NCBI GenBank assembly: GCA_049968515.1
Contig: JBMFQR010000005.1
Location: forward strand, 11,809-75,808
Direction: 5' to 3'
Length of the DNA: 64,000 nt
Source: Brevinematia bacterium
GTDB lineage: Bacteria; Spirochaetota; Brevinematia; Brevinematales; JAOACQ01
Shown one piece after another: positions 37,592 to 47,176 of this stretch. The notes beneath the pieces were generated by a model. That model saw only the letters and a list, made by a program, of their open reading frames with translations. It was not told the DNA's origin and made no database searches. Made by a program: the position numbers and the translations under genes. Numbering within the stretch: the stretch's first letter is position 1; the number at the start of each line of letters is the position of its first letter.

Positions 37592-37837
37592 AGGGGGAAG
37601 TTTTTATATAGTGGTTTCACCACTATAAATATTCTTTCTCCGACTGAGCTACGGTGGCAGAAAGCTAAAGTTTATATCGATATTCACCACCATAAATCCT
37701 TTTACTAAACTACGGTAACATAAGCCTTAACTCTATAGTGAAATTCGCCACATAAGTTCTTGAGCTACGAGAGCAGAAAGTTTTTATGGTGATTTCACTA
37801 CTATAAAAACTTTTTCGGCTGAGCCACAGTGGCAAAG
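37592..37837 (-). repeat. Tandem array (4 units, 55-67 bp) of tRNA-Thr 5' fragment plus upstream spacer/hairpin
   Basis: 21-mer 37573-37593 is repeated exactly at 37640-37660. Degenerate copies lie at 37704-37720, 37761-37776 and 37816-37835. The spacers are homologous. Confidence 0.8.
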
Positions 37838-37890
37838 CTTTACATCCATATCTATAATTGTGTAACTTGCCTTTGGCAACTTACAATATA

Positions 37891-39102
37891 TTATATTTCA
37901 TCGAGCAAATAGGTTACAAGGCCATCCTTGAGCTTTGGCTCAAACCAGGTCGACTTCGGCGGCATAATCCTCCCCATATCCGAAACCTTCATCAAATCAT
38001 TGATATCAACAGGGTAAAGAAAAAAAACAGCTATGGCTTTTTTCTCCTTAACCATCTTTATAATAATCTTCTCTGAATCTTTACCCCCCATAAAGGCAAT
38101 ATCTTTTGAATTTCTCGGATCTTCAATCCCCAATATTTTACTGAAAACCTCATTTTGCAGTATACTAACATCAAGCCCATTTAAAATATCATCCGTTTTG
38201 TCTCTAAAATGTAATAGAAAACTCTTATTCCCAATAAAAATGCCTATCTCACCCTTCCTCTGGGGAATTGCATTTTTAGTTTCAACCAAATCAAAATTCT
38301 TTGAGAGCTCTTCCAGAAATCTTTTCTCACTAATTTTCATATTAAGAAGAACTCTATTATATGAAAGAATTGTTACCTCATCAGAGGGAAAAACCACAGC
38401 CATAAAATAACCGTAAGAGTTTTCTTTTCTTCCATTTTTATTCCAGACATTAACTGCTGAGGCAGCTCTATGGTGACCATCTGCAATATAAAAGGAATCA
38501 ATATTCTCAAAGTATTTTCTAATACTTAATATATCCTCCTCCATAGAAATCTTCCAGAGTTTATAATTTACCCCCTCACTATCCTCAAAGCTGTAATCAG
38601 GATAATCCTTTTGAAATTCTCCAATCAAACTTTTAAAATCTCCATTATTCCTGAAAAACAAAAAAACAGGGCCTGTGTCTGCCTTTGTCTCAAAGATATG
38701 CCTTGTCCTGTCCTCTTCTTTGTCAAAATGTGTTAACTCATGTTTTTTAATAAGCCCTCTTTCATAATCCTCACATCTTACAAGGCAATATATTCCATTT
38801 TGAACCCTTCCATTTTTATTCTGTGAGATAAGATAAAAGGATGGGGATGAATCAGGCAAAAGCACCTTTTCATCAATAAAATCAACCAACATTTCTCTGG
38901 CTTTTTTATAAACACATTCTTCATATTCCCCTACTTCATTACCAAATTCAGCATCACTTCTGGTAATTCTCAAAAATGAGAGTTTATTTTCAGCAATGAG
39001 TTTTCTTACCTCTTCCCTTGTAACGACATCATAAGGTGGAGAAACAACTTTTTCAACAATACTTCCCTCTGGAAGCAAGCCCTTAAAGGGTTTAATGTCC
39101 AA
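37891..39102 (-). CDS. DUF1015 family protein
   Basis: 403 aa. VVSPPYDV near the N-terminus and FYIADGHHR are typical of DUF1015. TTG start behind AGGAGGG. Confidence 0.75.
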   Translation of the reverse strand: MDIKPFKGLLPEGSIVEKVVSPPYDVVTREEVRKLIAENKLSFLRITRSDAEFGNEVGEYEECVYKKAREMLVDFIDEKVLLPDSSPSFYLISQNKNGRVQNGIYCLVRCEDYERGLIKKHELTHFDKEEDRTRHIFETKADTGPVFLFFRNNGDFKSLIGEFQKDYPDYSFEDSEGVNYKLWKISMEEDILSIRKYFENIDSFYIADGHHRAASAVNVWNKNGRKENSYGYFMAVVFPSDEVTILSYNRVLLNMKISEKRFLEELSKNFDLVETKNAIPQRKGEIGIFIGNKSFLLHFRDKTDDILNGLDVSILQNEVFSKILGIEDPRNSKDIAFMGGKDSEKIIIKMVKEKKAIAVFFLYPVDINDLMKVSDMGRIMPPKSTWFEPKLKDGLVTYLLDEI

Positions 39103-39199
39103 GCCAACCCTCCTGAAGAGTTATAGACGAATTATAATAACATAAAAGACAAAATTTTTCCAGAAATGGCAATTTTTACTCAGATTTGCAGGAAAGTTT

Positions 39200-40942
39200 T
39201 CATTTTTCGACAAGTCTCAAATCCAGAAAGCCCCTTTCAATCTTCACACTTAATATTTCAACTTTAACTCTGTCACCCACAGTAAAGCGTCTCTTCGTTC
39301 TTTTGCCAGTGGCACAATAGTTTGCTTCATCAAATAAATAATAATCATCCTCTATATCAGAAAATCTTATCATTCCTTCTATACCATATTTTTCTATCTG
39401 CACAAATAAACCCATATCTATAATTCCAGATATAACACCGTTGAATTTTTTGCCCTCCATACCTTTCAGAAATCTCAGGGATTTAATCTTATAAAATTCT
39501 CGCTCCATCTCCATCGCTACCCTTTCAGTATTTGAAATGTGACTTGCTATTCTGGACAATTCTTCCTTTGAGTAAGGTAATGGTTTGTCCTTCTCAAATA
39601 GAAAATGCTTTACAAGCCTGTGAACAATAAGATCAGCATATCTTCTGATTGGAGAGGTAAAATGTGTGTAAAATTCAAACCCAAGCCCATAATGACCGAA
39701 ATTCTCGGTATGATATCTTGCCTGTTGCATCGACCTGAGCAAGATATAATTTATGAGTTCTCTATGTGGTTTATCCCTTACCTCAGCAAGAATTTTCTGT
39801 ATATCAAATGGAGTGGGAATTGGTGTCCCCTCTACCTTATGACCCAGTTTAAGTGCAATCCGTAAAAACCCTCTGAGTTTTCCTTCTTCCGGCTCTTCAT
39901 GAACTCGATAAAGGGAAATGTCTTTTTCTGAGAGAAAAGTCGCAATACATTTGTTTGCAACAAGCATAAACTCTTCAATTACCCTTTCAGAATCCATTCT
40001 CTCCTTCAACCATACCCTTGTTGGCTCATCATTTTCATCAAGTTCTATTTTCTGCTCTTTGAAATCAAAGTCAATACTACCCTCTTTTATTCTCTTTCTA
40101 TAAAGTATTCTAAATAGCTTATTCATCTCATCAAGGGCATCTTTTAACTCTCTATCCTCTAATTCTGTCCTACCATCAAAATAACTCTGTACATAGTCAT
40201 AAGTAAGCCTGTATCTTGACCTGATAATGGTAGGTTTGATTACATAATTTCTTATTTCACCAGATCTATCAATATTCATAATGACAGAAAAAGTAAGCTT
40301 ATCTTCATCGGGATTCAAACTGCAAAGTTTATTTGAGAGGACAAATGGAAACATTGGTACCACTTTATTAATAAAGTAATAACTGTTTCCTCTTTTCTTT
40401 GCCTCTTTATCAAGCTTTGTGTTTTTCTTGACATAATGGGAAACATCGGCAATGTGAACACCAAGTATCCAGCCATCTCTGTCTTTTTCTATTGAAACCG
40501 CATCATCCAGATCCTTAGCGTCAGCTCCATCTATAGTAAATATCATCCTGTCTCTTAAATCAAGCCTGCCCTTTTCTCTTATTTCTAAATTAAGGCTTTC
40601 CGCTTCTTTTAATACACTCTCAGGAAACTCCCTTCTTATTTTGTATTTATCAGTTATGATATAAAAGTCATCAACAGGAAAGGTCTTCTTTTTCTCTCTT
40701 AAAGTTCTTGTTTTCTTTTTCTTTACCTCTTTTTTAGCGGAGGGCTCTTTTGCAAAAAAAAGATTGTTTTCCTTATCAAAGAAAAGCTCACGGTTCTTCA
40801 AAAGACTTGATAAAAGCCTGTTTGCTCTCTTTTTTTCAGACTCACTTTTCAGGTTTAAAATCTGAAAGATACTCTCAACACTTATAGGTGAATATTTTTT
40901 TACAAGTTTTATGATATCTTTTCTTTTCACGTCTAATCTCAA
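39200..40942 (-). CDS. rnr: RNase II/R family 3'-5' exoribonuclease (wHTH-RNB-S1, no cold-shock domains evident)
   Basis: RNB motifs IDGADAKDLDDAV, HIADVS, YHTENFGHYGLG and YTHFTSPIRRYADL. C-terminal S1-like domain. Confidence 0.8.
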   Translation of the reverse strand: MRLDVKRKDIIKLVKKYSPISVESIFQILNLKSESEKKRANRLLSSLLKNRELFFDKENNLFFAKEPSAKKEVKKKKTRTLREKKKTFPVDDFYIITDKYKIRREFPESVLKEAESLNLEIREKGRLDLRDRMIFTIDGADAKDLDDAVSIEKDRDGWILGVHIADVSHYVKKNTKLDKEAKKRGNSYYFINKVVPMFPFVLSNKLCSLNPDEDKLTFSVIMNIDRSGEIRNYVIKPTIIRSRYRLTYDYVQSYFDGRTELEDRELKDALDEMNKLFRILYRKRIKEGSIDFDFKEQKIELDENDEPTRVWLKERMDSERVIEEFMLVANKCIATFLSEKDISLYRVHEEPEEGKLRGFLRIALKLGHKVEGTPIPTPFDIQKILAEVRDKPHRELINYILLRSMQQARYHTENFGHYGLGFEFYTHFTSPIRRYADLIVHRLVKHFLFEKDKPLPYSKEELSRIASHISNTERVAMEMEREFYKIKSLRFLKGMEGKKFNGVISGIIDMGLFVQIEKYGIEGMIRFSDIEDDYYLFDEANYCATGKRTKRRFTVGDRVKVEILSVKIERGFLDLRLVEK

Positions 40943-40948
40943 TTATTA

Positions 40949-42703
40949 TCACGGCTTTTTAACGACAACAACCGTCATATCATCCCATTGAGGTGTATTT
41001 TTTGACCATTCCTCAACTTCTCTGAAGATTGAACTGACGATGGTATGAGCATTCGTGGCTGCATAATTCTTTAAAATCTTTTTTACCCTCTCAAGACCAA
41101 AAACCTCACCCGCTGTATTTATAGCATCTACAACTCCATCCGTAAGGCATATAATGATGTCCTGTGATTCAAGCTTTATTTCAGAATAGTCATATATTTC
41201 TTTCCTGTTAATTCCGAGAGGAATTCCCTTGGATTTTAAAGGAATTAGCTCATTCTGGCTTGTTCTGTAAATATATTGAAGATTATGTCCTGCATTTGAG
41301 TAGTATAAAACTGACTTTTCCATATCAATAATGCCATAGAAAAGAGTTACAAACATTCCTACCCTTGAGTCATCAACAAGTATCTCATTCGCTCTCTTTA
41401 ACATCTCATCAGGCCTGTCTATACTATAAGCATAGGCCTTAATCACACTTCTTGAAACTGCCATATACAGTGAGGCTGGCAACCCCTTTCCAGAGACATC
41501 TCCAATTACAATCCCAACCCTTGAAGGAGAAAGTTTGTAAATATCATAAAAATCGCCACTCACAATCTCTGCCGACTTCATTTTCGCATAGATAGATATA
41601 TTCTGATAATCCCTGAAATTGCTTATGAGTAAAGCATTCTGTATCATTTTCATTACTTCTATTTCTTTTTTTAACTTTTCATTTTCAATTCTTTCCTGAT
41701 AACTTAAAATTGCCTGATATGCCTGTCCTACCTGATTTGCAATGGTCTGAAGCAACTTTGCCATTTTATCAGTATATTTCACTCCCTTTTTGGGTTCGGA
41801 AATATTTATCACACCTATCGGAATATTCTGCACCTTTATAGGTGCAGAAATGAAGCCCCTGCTTTTGTATCTGAAACGCTTGTTTTTACTTATACCCTGT
41901 CTCTCTATGTCATTTGAAAAAATAGCCTTGCCTTCATTCAAAACAAGGTTGGAAATTTTTTCAACATAATATATTGCATTCTCAGTTTTTGAAACTATAT
42001 CTTCCGGAATCCCTGTTGCAGCTTCTATATAAAGCTTTCCAGTCTCTTCATTTATTAGCATTATAGAAATTCTTTCTGATTGAAAGATTTTTCCCAATAA
42101 ACCTATAACCTTATTAAAAAGATCTTTTTTATTGTAAATAGAGTTCGTCAAATTAGAAATCTGATAGAGACACTCCATTTCTCTTGCTCTATCACATGAC
42201 TTCTTATAAAGGAGTGCATTGGAAATAGCTAAAGCTGCTTGTTCTGCAAATTGCTTTAAGATAACAATATCATCCTCATCAAATTTCCCCTTTGCAGGAT
42301 TCATCACTTCTATTACTCCAATTGTCACACCCTTATTAATGAGTGGCATTGCAACAAGACACCTTGTTTTCAGCTTCGTGACAGCATCAACCTCTGGATA
42401 AAACCTCTCATCCTTTTCTACATTCTCAACCACCACAGGCTCTTTATTTTCCGCTGCATAACCTGCTATCCCCTTCCCCCTTGGAATTATTAAATCTCGC
42501 AGTACATCACTACTCTCACCAAATGCAACCTCAAAATGCAAATCTCCAGTCTGTGGATTTCTCAAAAGAATAGAAGCACCCTCTGCATCAAGTAAAACAC
42601 CTGCATAATGAGAAATATCCTTCAAAATACTTTTTACATCCTTTATGGAATTAATCTTCTGGTTAATATCTAAAATTGCCTGAAAGTTACTTATTTCCAA
42701 CAT
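40949..42703 (-). CDS. GAF-GAF-PP2C (SpoIIE-type) protein phosphatase
   Basis: Two GAF-like domains followed by SGDFYD...GDVSGKG...TDGV, typical of PPM/SpoIIE phosphatases. Confidence 0.75.
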   Translation of the reverse strand: MLEISNFQAILDINQKINSIKDVKSILKDISHYAGVLLDAEGASILLRNPQTGDLHFEVAFGESSDVLRDLIIPRGKGIAGYAAENKEPVVVENVEKDERFYPEVDAVTKLKTRCLVAMPLINKGVTIGVIEVMNPAKGKFDEDDIVILKQFAEQAALAISNALLYKKSCDRAREMECLYQISNLTNSIYNKKDLFNKVIGLLGKIFQSERISIMLINEETGKLYIEAATGIPEDIVSKTENAIYYVEKISNLVLNEGKAIFSNDIERQGISKNKRFRYKSRGFISAPIKVQNIPIGVINISEPKKGVKYTDKMAKLLQTIANQVGQAYQAILSYQERIENEKLKKEIEVMKMIQNALLISNFRDYQNISIYAKMKSAEIVSGDFYDIYKLSPSRVGIVIGDVSGKGLPASLYMAVSRSVIKAYAYSIDRPDEMLKRANEILVDDSRVGMFVTLFYGIIDMEKSVLYYSNAGHNLQYIYRTSQNELIPLKSKGIPLGINRKEIYDYSEIKLESQDIIICLTDGVVDAINTAGEVFGLERVKKILKNYAATNAHTIVSSIFREVEEWSKNTPQWDDMTVVVVKKP

Positions 42704-42718
42704 AGATTACCTCTAAGT

Positions 42719-43864
42719 TTACATTGCCGCAGAAAATATTTCCGAAATCTCATTTCTTCCAGCCGGTCTCGGAATATAATTCAAAAATTCATACTGAGAG
42801 GCTACTTTTGCGGCATTATCAATTTTGTCCTCTGTAACATTATATTCTGACAACCTCGGCGGAATATGTAACTCAAGCATAAGCTTTCTTATGGCCTCAA
42901 TAGCCATAATGGCTGCTTCAATGACAGTAACCTCAGCTACCTTTTCTCCAAGGGCAAGAGCTATCTGAATAAATCTGTTTGCAGCCGCTGTAAGGTTAAA
43001 CTCCATTATGTGAGGCAACATTACTGTTGTCGCTGTAGTTGAAGAAATACCAGTCACAGTCTCAAGACCCATCCCGCACGCTGCACATAATCCGCAGGAC
43101 GAAAAGCATGTTGATAAAGATGCCAGTAATGCACCTACAGAAAGGTTACCCTTCAGCTTTGTGTTGGCGGGTTCCAATGCAAGCCTTTTTAAATTCACAC
43201 TGATATATTCAATTGCCTTTAAACTAAAAGAATCTGAAATCGGATTTGCCTTTTTTGAAATATATGAATCAAAGGCATAAGCAAGTGCCTCAAGACTTGA
43301 ATATACAACGTCATTTAATGGTACATCTTCGGTAATGGATGGATCAATAATTACAACACTCGCTATGGAATCTTTATCAGAGTAAGGCTTTCTTATTTTA
43401 TCTGTTTCATCTATCACATATGTAACAGGCATTAAACCCCAGTTGATAGTCTGTACAACAGGTATTTCAATATATTTTACTTTTTTAATCGCAAGTCTTT
43501 TATAGCCCTTCAAACCTTCTTCAGTGGTTTCCTGTGTGCTGAACTGGGCAATACATTTAGCAACAGAAAGGACATTGCTACTACCTATTCCTATGACCAC
43601 ATCGGCTCTTCCGCCCTTTGTTATATTAACTCCCTCAAAAAGCTCCTTTGTGGTGGCATTTGAAGGAATTTCATAAATTATTACATCATATGCATAGCCT
43701 TCAATAAGCCTCTTTATTTTCTGTGTAATACCATATTCAGAAGCTTTCTTCTCGGCAACAATAACAACCTTTTCCTGATTTGGTGTAGCATACTCGGAAA
43801 GCCTTTGAAGGCTCTCATTACCATAAAGAATTAAAGATGGAACCTGAAAATCAAGTACCGGCAT
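42719..43864 (-). CDS. Iron-containing alcohol dehydrogenase family protein
   Basis: 381 aa with Fe-ADH-like layout. The GIGSSN stretch replaces the usual GGGS. LPHIMEFN block present. Confidence 0.6.
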   Translation of the reverse strand: MPVLDFQVPSLILYGNESLQRLSEYATPNQEKVVIVAEKKASEYGITQKIKRLIEGYAYDVIIYEIPSNATTKELFEGVNITKGGRADVVIGIGSSNVLSVAKCIAQFSTQETTEEGLKGYKRLAIKKVKYIEIPVVQTINWGLMPVTYVIDETDKIRKPYSDKDSIASVVIIDPSITEDVPLNDVVYSSLEALAYAFDSYISKKANPISDSFSLKAIEYISVNLKRLALEPANTKLKGNLSVGALLASLSTCFSSCGLCAACGMGLETVTGISSTTATTVMLPHIMEFNLTAAANRFIQIALALGEKVAEVTVIEAAIMAIEAIRKLMLELHIPPRLSEYNVTEDKIDNAAKVASQYEFLNYIPRPAGRNEISEIFSAAM

Positions 43865-43912
43865 TCATAACCTCAGAACTTTTAAATAAATTATCGGAAA
43901 CCACTATCCAAA

Positions 43913-44440
43913 TTATAAAGCCAAACTTTTATAAAATAAATTTCCCAGTACACCAACTATTATTCCAGTAATAATACCAACCATTGAAAAAAGAGAAATC
44001 AAAAAAATATTTGAGTTTGTAAATCCAAAAAATATTATTATCCAGATACTCTGACCAATAATGTGAAAGAATGCACCAATAACTGAAATTCCAATTAGAG
44101 ATGCCTTTTTAAATAAAATTCTTGCTATATACATTGCACCCCATGATGTCAAACCGCCAGAAAGACTTAACAGAAAGGCAAGCGTCAAAAGACTTCCTGT
44201 CATAAGTGACGAAATAAAAATCCTGCTCAATAATACAAAAAATGCAAGGAGAGCTCTCTTTTCATTAATTAGAATCAGCGTTATAAGATTGGCCATACCC
44301 AGCTTAATCAAAAATGGCCCTGTCAAAATAGCATCGATTACAGAAAGCAAACTTGACACAGCTGTAAGAAAAGCAATAATATTAAGTTTTTCCTCTTTAC
44401 TCAGAGTATTATAGTTCCTCACATCATTCAGTAATTGCAT
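43913..44440 (-). CDS. Gx transporter / heptaprenyl-diphosphate-synthase-component-I-like membrane protein
   Basis: 175 aa with 5-6 TM helices. Positioned after a NusG-II domain gene, a common pairing. Confidence 0.5.
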   Translation of the reverse strand: MQLLNDVRNYNTLSKEEKLNIIAFLTAVSSLLSVIDAILTGPFLIKLGMANLITLILINEKRALLAFFVLLSRIFISSLMTGSLLTLAFLLSLSGGLTSWGAMYIARILFKKASLIGISVIGAFFHIIGQSIWIIIFFGFTNSNIFLISLFSMVGIITGIIVGVLGNLFYKSLAL

Positions 44441-44792
44441 CTATTCCATCCCTTTCACTTCCTTCTATCTTTATGTTAATCATGTTTGGCATACAGGTTA
44501 TGCTATCATTCACCCTTGAAATCTTAAATCTCTTACAAATTTTCTTAGGACAATTAGTCTCGGTAACCTTCACGGTACCGTTCTTGATTTCAACTTCAAA
44601 ATTCCCAAGTAAACCTTTTACCCTGACAATTCTGTCCCTGTCGAGAGAGTAACTATAATTACCATAAGGAGTTGAAATTAACACTCTCTTTCCCTGCTCT
44701 CCCTTTGAGGCATAAAAAAAACCAGCAAAACAACATAGAAGAAGAAAAATAATTATGAGTAAATCTGATATATTAAGCTTATTTTCTGACAT
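44424..44792 (-). CDS. NusG domain II-containing protein (DUF1312)
   Basis: TM anchor plus beta domain with TNCPKKIC...ITCMPN Cys pairs. Internal ATG at 44792 chosen to avoid overlap. Confidence 0.65.
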   Translation of the reverse strand: MSENKLNISDLLIIIFLLLCCFAGFFYASKGEQGKRVLISTPYGNYSYSLDRDRIVRVKGLLGNFEVEIKNGTVKVTETNCPKKICKRFKISRVNDSITCMPNMINIKIEGSERDGIDAITE

Positions 44793-44793
44793 C

Positions 44794-45654
44794 TTACTCA
44801 AAAAGCAAAGAAACATCAAGGTATTCTATTTTTGCCTTTTCCATAAGCTCTTCAAGTATTTTCTGCCTGAGTTCAGTTTTTGCCTGATTTATAAGATACT
44901 CAGCAAGATCCTTTTTTATCTCCTCATAAGAAGGCTTTCTGCCAATTTTTCTTTCAATAATCTTGTAAATGAAATATCCAGTTTCCAGCTTTAAAGTAAA
45001 AGTGCCATCGGTTATTAAATCCTGAGCTATTGCCTCAAATAGCTCAGCAGGAAGCTTATATTCCGGAACCCCACTATGGAAAAAGTAGTCAAGATTGTCC
45101 TTTTTTAGCCTTCCATCTATTTCTTCAATCGAAGATAAACTTTTCAGGCTTTCTGAAACATCAACAGCATTATCTTCATTCTCAACGTAAATCTCGTAAA
45201 ACGTAATCATATCTGGCTCTTTTATAAACTCTTTATTGTTTTCATAAAAATCCCTCAATTCACTTTCAGTGAAGCTTATATCTCTTAAGCCGTGACTTGC
45301 AAGATATTGATTTATCATTTCTTCTTTTTTTATTTCATCAAAAAGACTTGCTTCATCAAGACCAAGTTGTTCAAGTTCATTTTTTAGTTCCTCTTCGGGA
45401 CCGGCAGATTTAATATCATTCAATTTTAAAAGCACATCTTTATCACTGATAGTAATATTCTCCTTTTTTGCCTCCTGCAAAAGAACGACTCTCTCAATAA
45501 GTGAATTCAAAACCTCTGTCTTAATAAATTTTCTGTTTTCTTCTGTTATTTCAAAATTTTCATCTTCCTGTAATTCATAAATCACCCTTTTATAAAAAGC
45601 ATTAAACATCTCGTCGGTTATAACTTCTTCATTAACCATAACTATATCAGACAT
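44794..45654 (-). CDS. SurA-N-terminal-like chaperone domain protein (no clear PPIase motif, no signal peptide from this start)
   Basis: ATG at 45654 behind GGAGGGAGG. Acidic helical protein with VVLLQEAKKENITISDKDV resembling the SurA_N/PpiD N-domain. Confidence 0.5.
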   Translation of the reverse strand: MSDIVMVNEEVITDEMFNAFYKRVIYELQEDENFEITEENRKFIKTEVLNSLIERVVLLQEAKKENITISDKDVLLKLNDIKSAGPEEELKNELEQLGLDEASLFDEIKKEEMINQYLASHGLRDISFTESELRDFYENNKEFIKEPDMITFYEIYVENEDNAVDVSESLKSLSSIEEIDGRLKKDNLDYFFHSGVPEYKLPAELFEAIAQDLITDGTFTLKLETGYFIYKIIERKIGRKPSYEEIKKDLAEYLINQAKTELRQKILEELMEKAKIEYLDVSLLFE

Positions 45655-45722
45655 TTTTATCCTCCCTCCAGAAAGATTATAATGAGGAAGGTGAAAAAGT
45701 GCAAAATAAATTACAAAAAATA

Positions 45723-45751
45723 TTGACATTTCAACCAGAAGAAATTATAAT
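45723..45751 (+). promoter_or_regulatory. Sigma70-type promoter of the Rrf2-cysK-metY operon
   Basis: Perfect TTGACA (45723-45728), 17-nt spacer, perfect TATAAT (45746-45751). Confidence 0.6.
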
Positions 45752-45754
45752 TAT

Positions 45755-45771
45755 CATACTATTTTAGTATG
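45755..45771 (+). promoter_or_regulatory. Palindromic operator candidate CATACTA-TTT-TAGTATG
   Basis: Perfect 7-bp inverted repeat starting 4 nt after the -10 box, upstream of an Rrf2 regulator gene. Confidence 0.4.
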
Positions 45772-45796
45772 AATAGTAGTAATTTTGGGAGAGACA

Positions 45797-46225
45797 ATGA
45801 AATTATCCACAAAGACAAGGTATGGTTTAAGGCTTTTAATTGGATTTGCACTCAGATACAATCATGGATTTGTCCAGTTAAACGAGGTTGCAAAGGCAGA
45901 AGGGATATCTGAAAAATATGCCGAACAGATAGTCCGATTACTTAAAGTGGGTGGAATTCTCATTTCTCAGCGAGGTGTTCAGGGTGGCTATACTCTTGCC
46001 CAACATCCCCGGGAAATTACAGTCTTTAAAATATTTGAGGCACTTGAAGGTAAATTCAACATTATTGATTGTGGAAAATGTTTAAGGAAGGTTGATTGTG
46101 TGGCAAAAAAGGTATGGGGGAAACTTACAGAAAGTATGGTAAATACGCTAAAATCCATAACACTTCAGGATCTTGTAGATGAATATAAGGCAGAAAGGTC
46201 TAAAAATGTTTACTACGAAATATAG
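45797..46225 (+). CDS. Rrf2 family transcriptional regulator (CymR/IscR-like)
   Basis: [15 protein letters not shown]-terminus and wHTH. Three Cys ([10 protein letters not shown]) resemble an Fe-S ligand motif. Confidence 0.8.
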   Translation: MKLSTKTRYGLRLLIGFALRYNHGFVQLNEVAKAEGISEKYAEQIVRLLKVGGILISQRGVQGGYTLAQHPREITVFKIFEALEGKFNIIDCGKCLRKVDCVAKKVWGKLTESMVNTLKSITLQDLVDEYKAERSKNVYYEI

Positions 46226-46233
46226 GAGGATTT

Positions 46234-47157
46234 ATGAAGATAGCAAATTCAATAACTGAGCTAATAGGGAATACACCGCTTTTGAAACTGAAAAAGATTG
46301 CGGAAGGAATTGAGGCAGAGATCCTTCTCAAATGCGAATTTTTTAACCCACTTTCAAGTGTTAAAGATAGAATAGGACTTGCAATGATTGAAGATGCTGA
46401 AAAAAAAGGAAAAATAAAACCCACAACCACAATTATAGAACCCACCAGTGGAAACACTGGAATTGCACTTGCTTTTGTTTGTGCTTCTAAAGGATATAGA
46501 CTTATACTTACAATGCCAGACACAATGAGCATAGAAAGAAGAAAGCTACTGAAAATACTGGGAGCTGAACTTGTCCTTACACCGGGAGCAGAAGGAATGA
46601 CAGGTGCAGTAAAAAAGGCTGTAGAACTTGCAAAAGAAATTAAAGATTCTATAATATTACAGCAGTTTGAAAACCCAGCCAACCCTGAGATACATAGAAA
46701 AACGACTGCTGAAGAGATATGGAACGACACAGAAGGAAAGGTTGACATACTTGTGGCTGGTGTCGGAACAGGCGGCACAATCACTGGAATTGGAGAGGTA
46801 ATAAAGTCAAGAAAGCCAGACTTCAAGGTAATAGCTGTCGAGCCAGCTGATTCCCCCGTTCTATCAGGCGGAAAACCCGGAATGCATAAGATACAGGGAA
46901 TTGGTGCTGGATTTATCCCCGAGGTACTCAACAGAAAAATAATAGATGAGATAATTCAGGTCAGGCATGAAGACGCGGGTGAAACATCAAGAAGACTTGC
47001 AAAATTAGAAGGTGTTCTTGTGGGTATATCTTCCGGAGCAAATGTATGGGCAGCATTAGAGGTGGCAAAAAGGCCTGAAAATACAGGCAAAAGAATAGTT
47101 ACAATTGCCACGGACTCCGGTGAAAGATACCTTTCCACCTGGTTGTTTGAAGATTAG
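46234..47157 (+). CDS. cysK: Cysteine synthase A (O-acetylserine sulfhydrylase)
   Basis: [30 protein letters not shown] and [10 protein letters not shown] motifs. Confidence 0.9.
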   Translation: MKIANSITELIGNTPLLKLKKIAEGIEAEILLKCEFFNPLSSVKDRIGLAMIEDAEKKGKIKPTTTIIEPTSGNTGIALAFVCASKGYRLILTMPDTMSIERRKLLKILGAELVLTPGAEGMTGAVKKAVELAKEIKDSIILQQFENPANPEIHRKTTAEEIWNDTEGKVDILVAGVGTGGTITGIGEVIKSRKPDFKVIAVEPADSPVLSGGKPGMHKIQGIGAGFIPEVLNRKIIDEIIQVRHEDAGETSRRLAKLEGVLVGISSGANVWAALEVAKRPENTGKRIVTIATDSGERYLSTWLFED

Positions 47158-47176
47158 TCTTATGGAGGATATATAA

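Noticed and set aside
37592-37837. The tRNA-adjacent repeats as a CRISPR-like array
   Set aside because: Both the 'repeat' and the 'spacer' parts are homologous between units, the unit length drifts between 55 and 67 bp, and identity decays with distance. This is a tandem duplication series, not a repeat-spacer array, and no cas genes are present.
46200-46931. 243-aa ORF antisense to cysK, and similar long antisense ORFs at 4642..5094, 16046..16486, 38033..38410, 50638..51021 and 35049..35459
   Set aside because: Each is fully embedded opposite a gene with strong homology. They have low-complexity, Ser/Pro/Ile-rich composition and no RBS, and are typical shadow ORFs.
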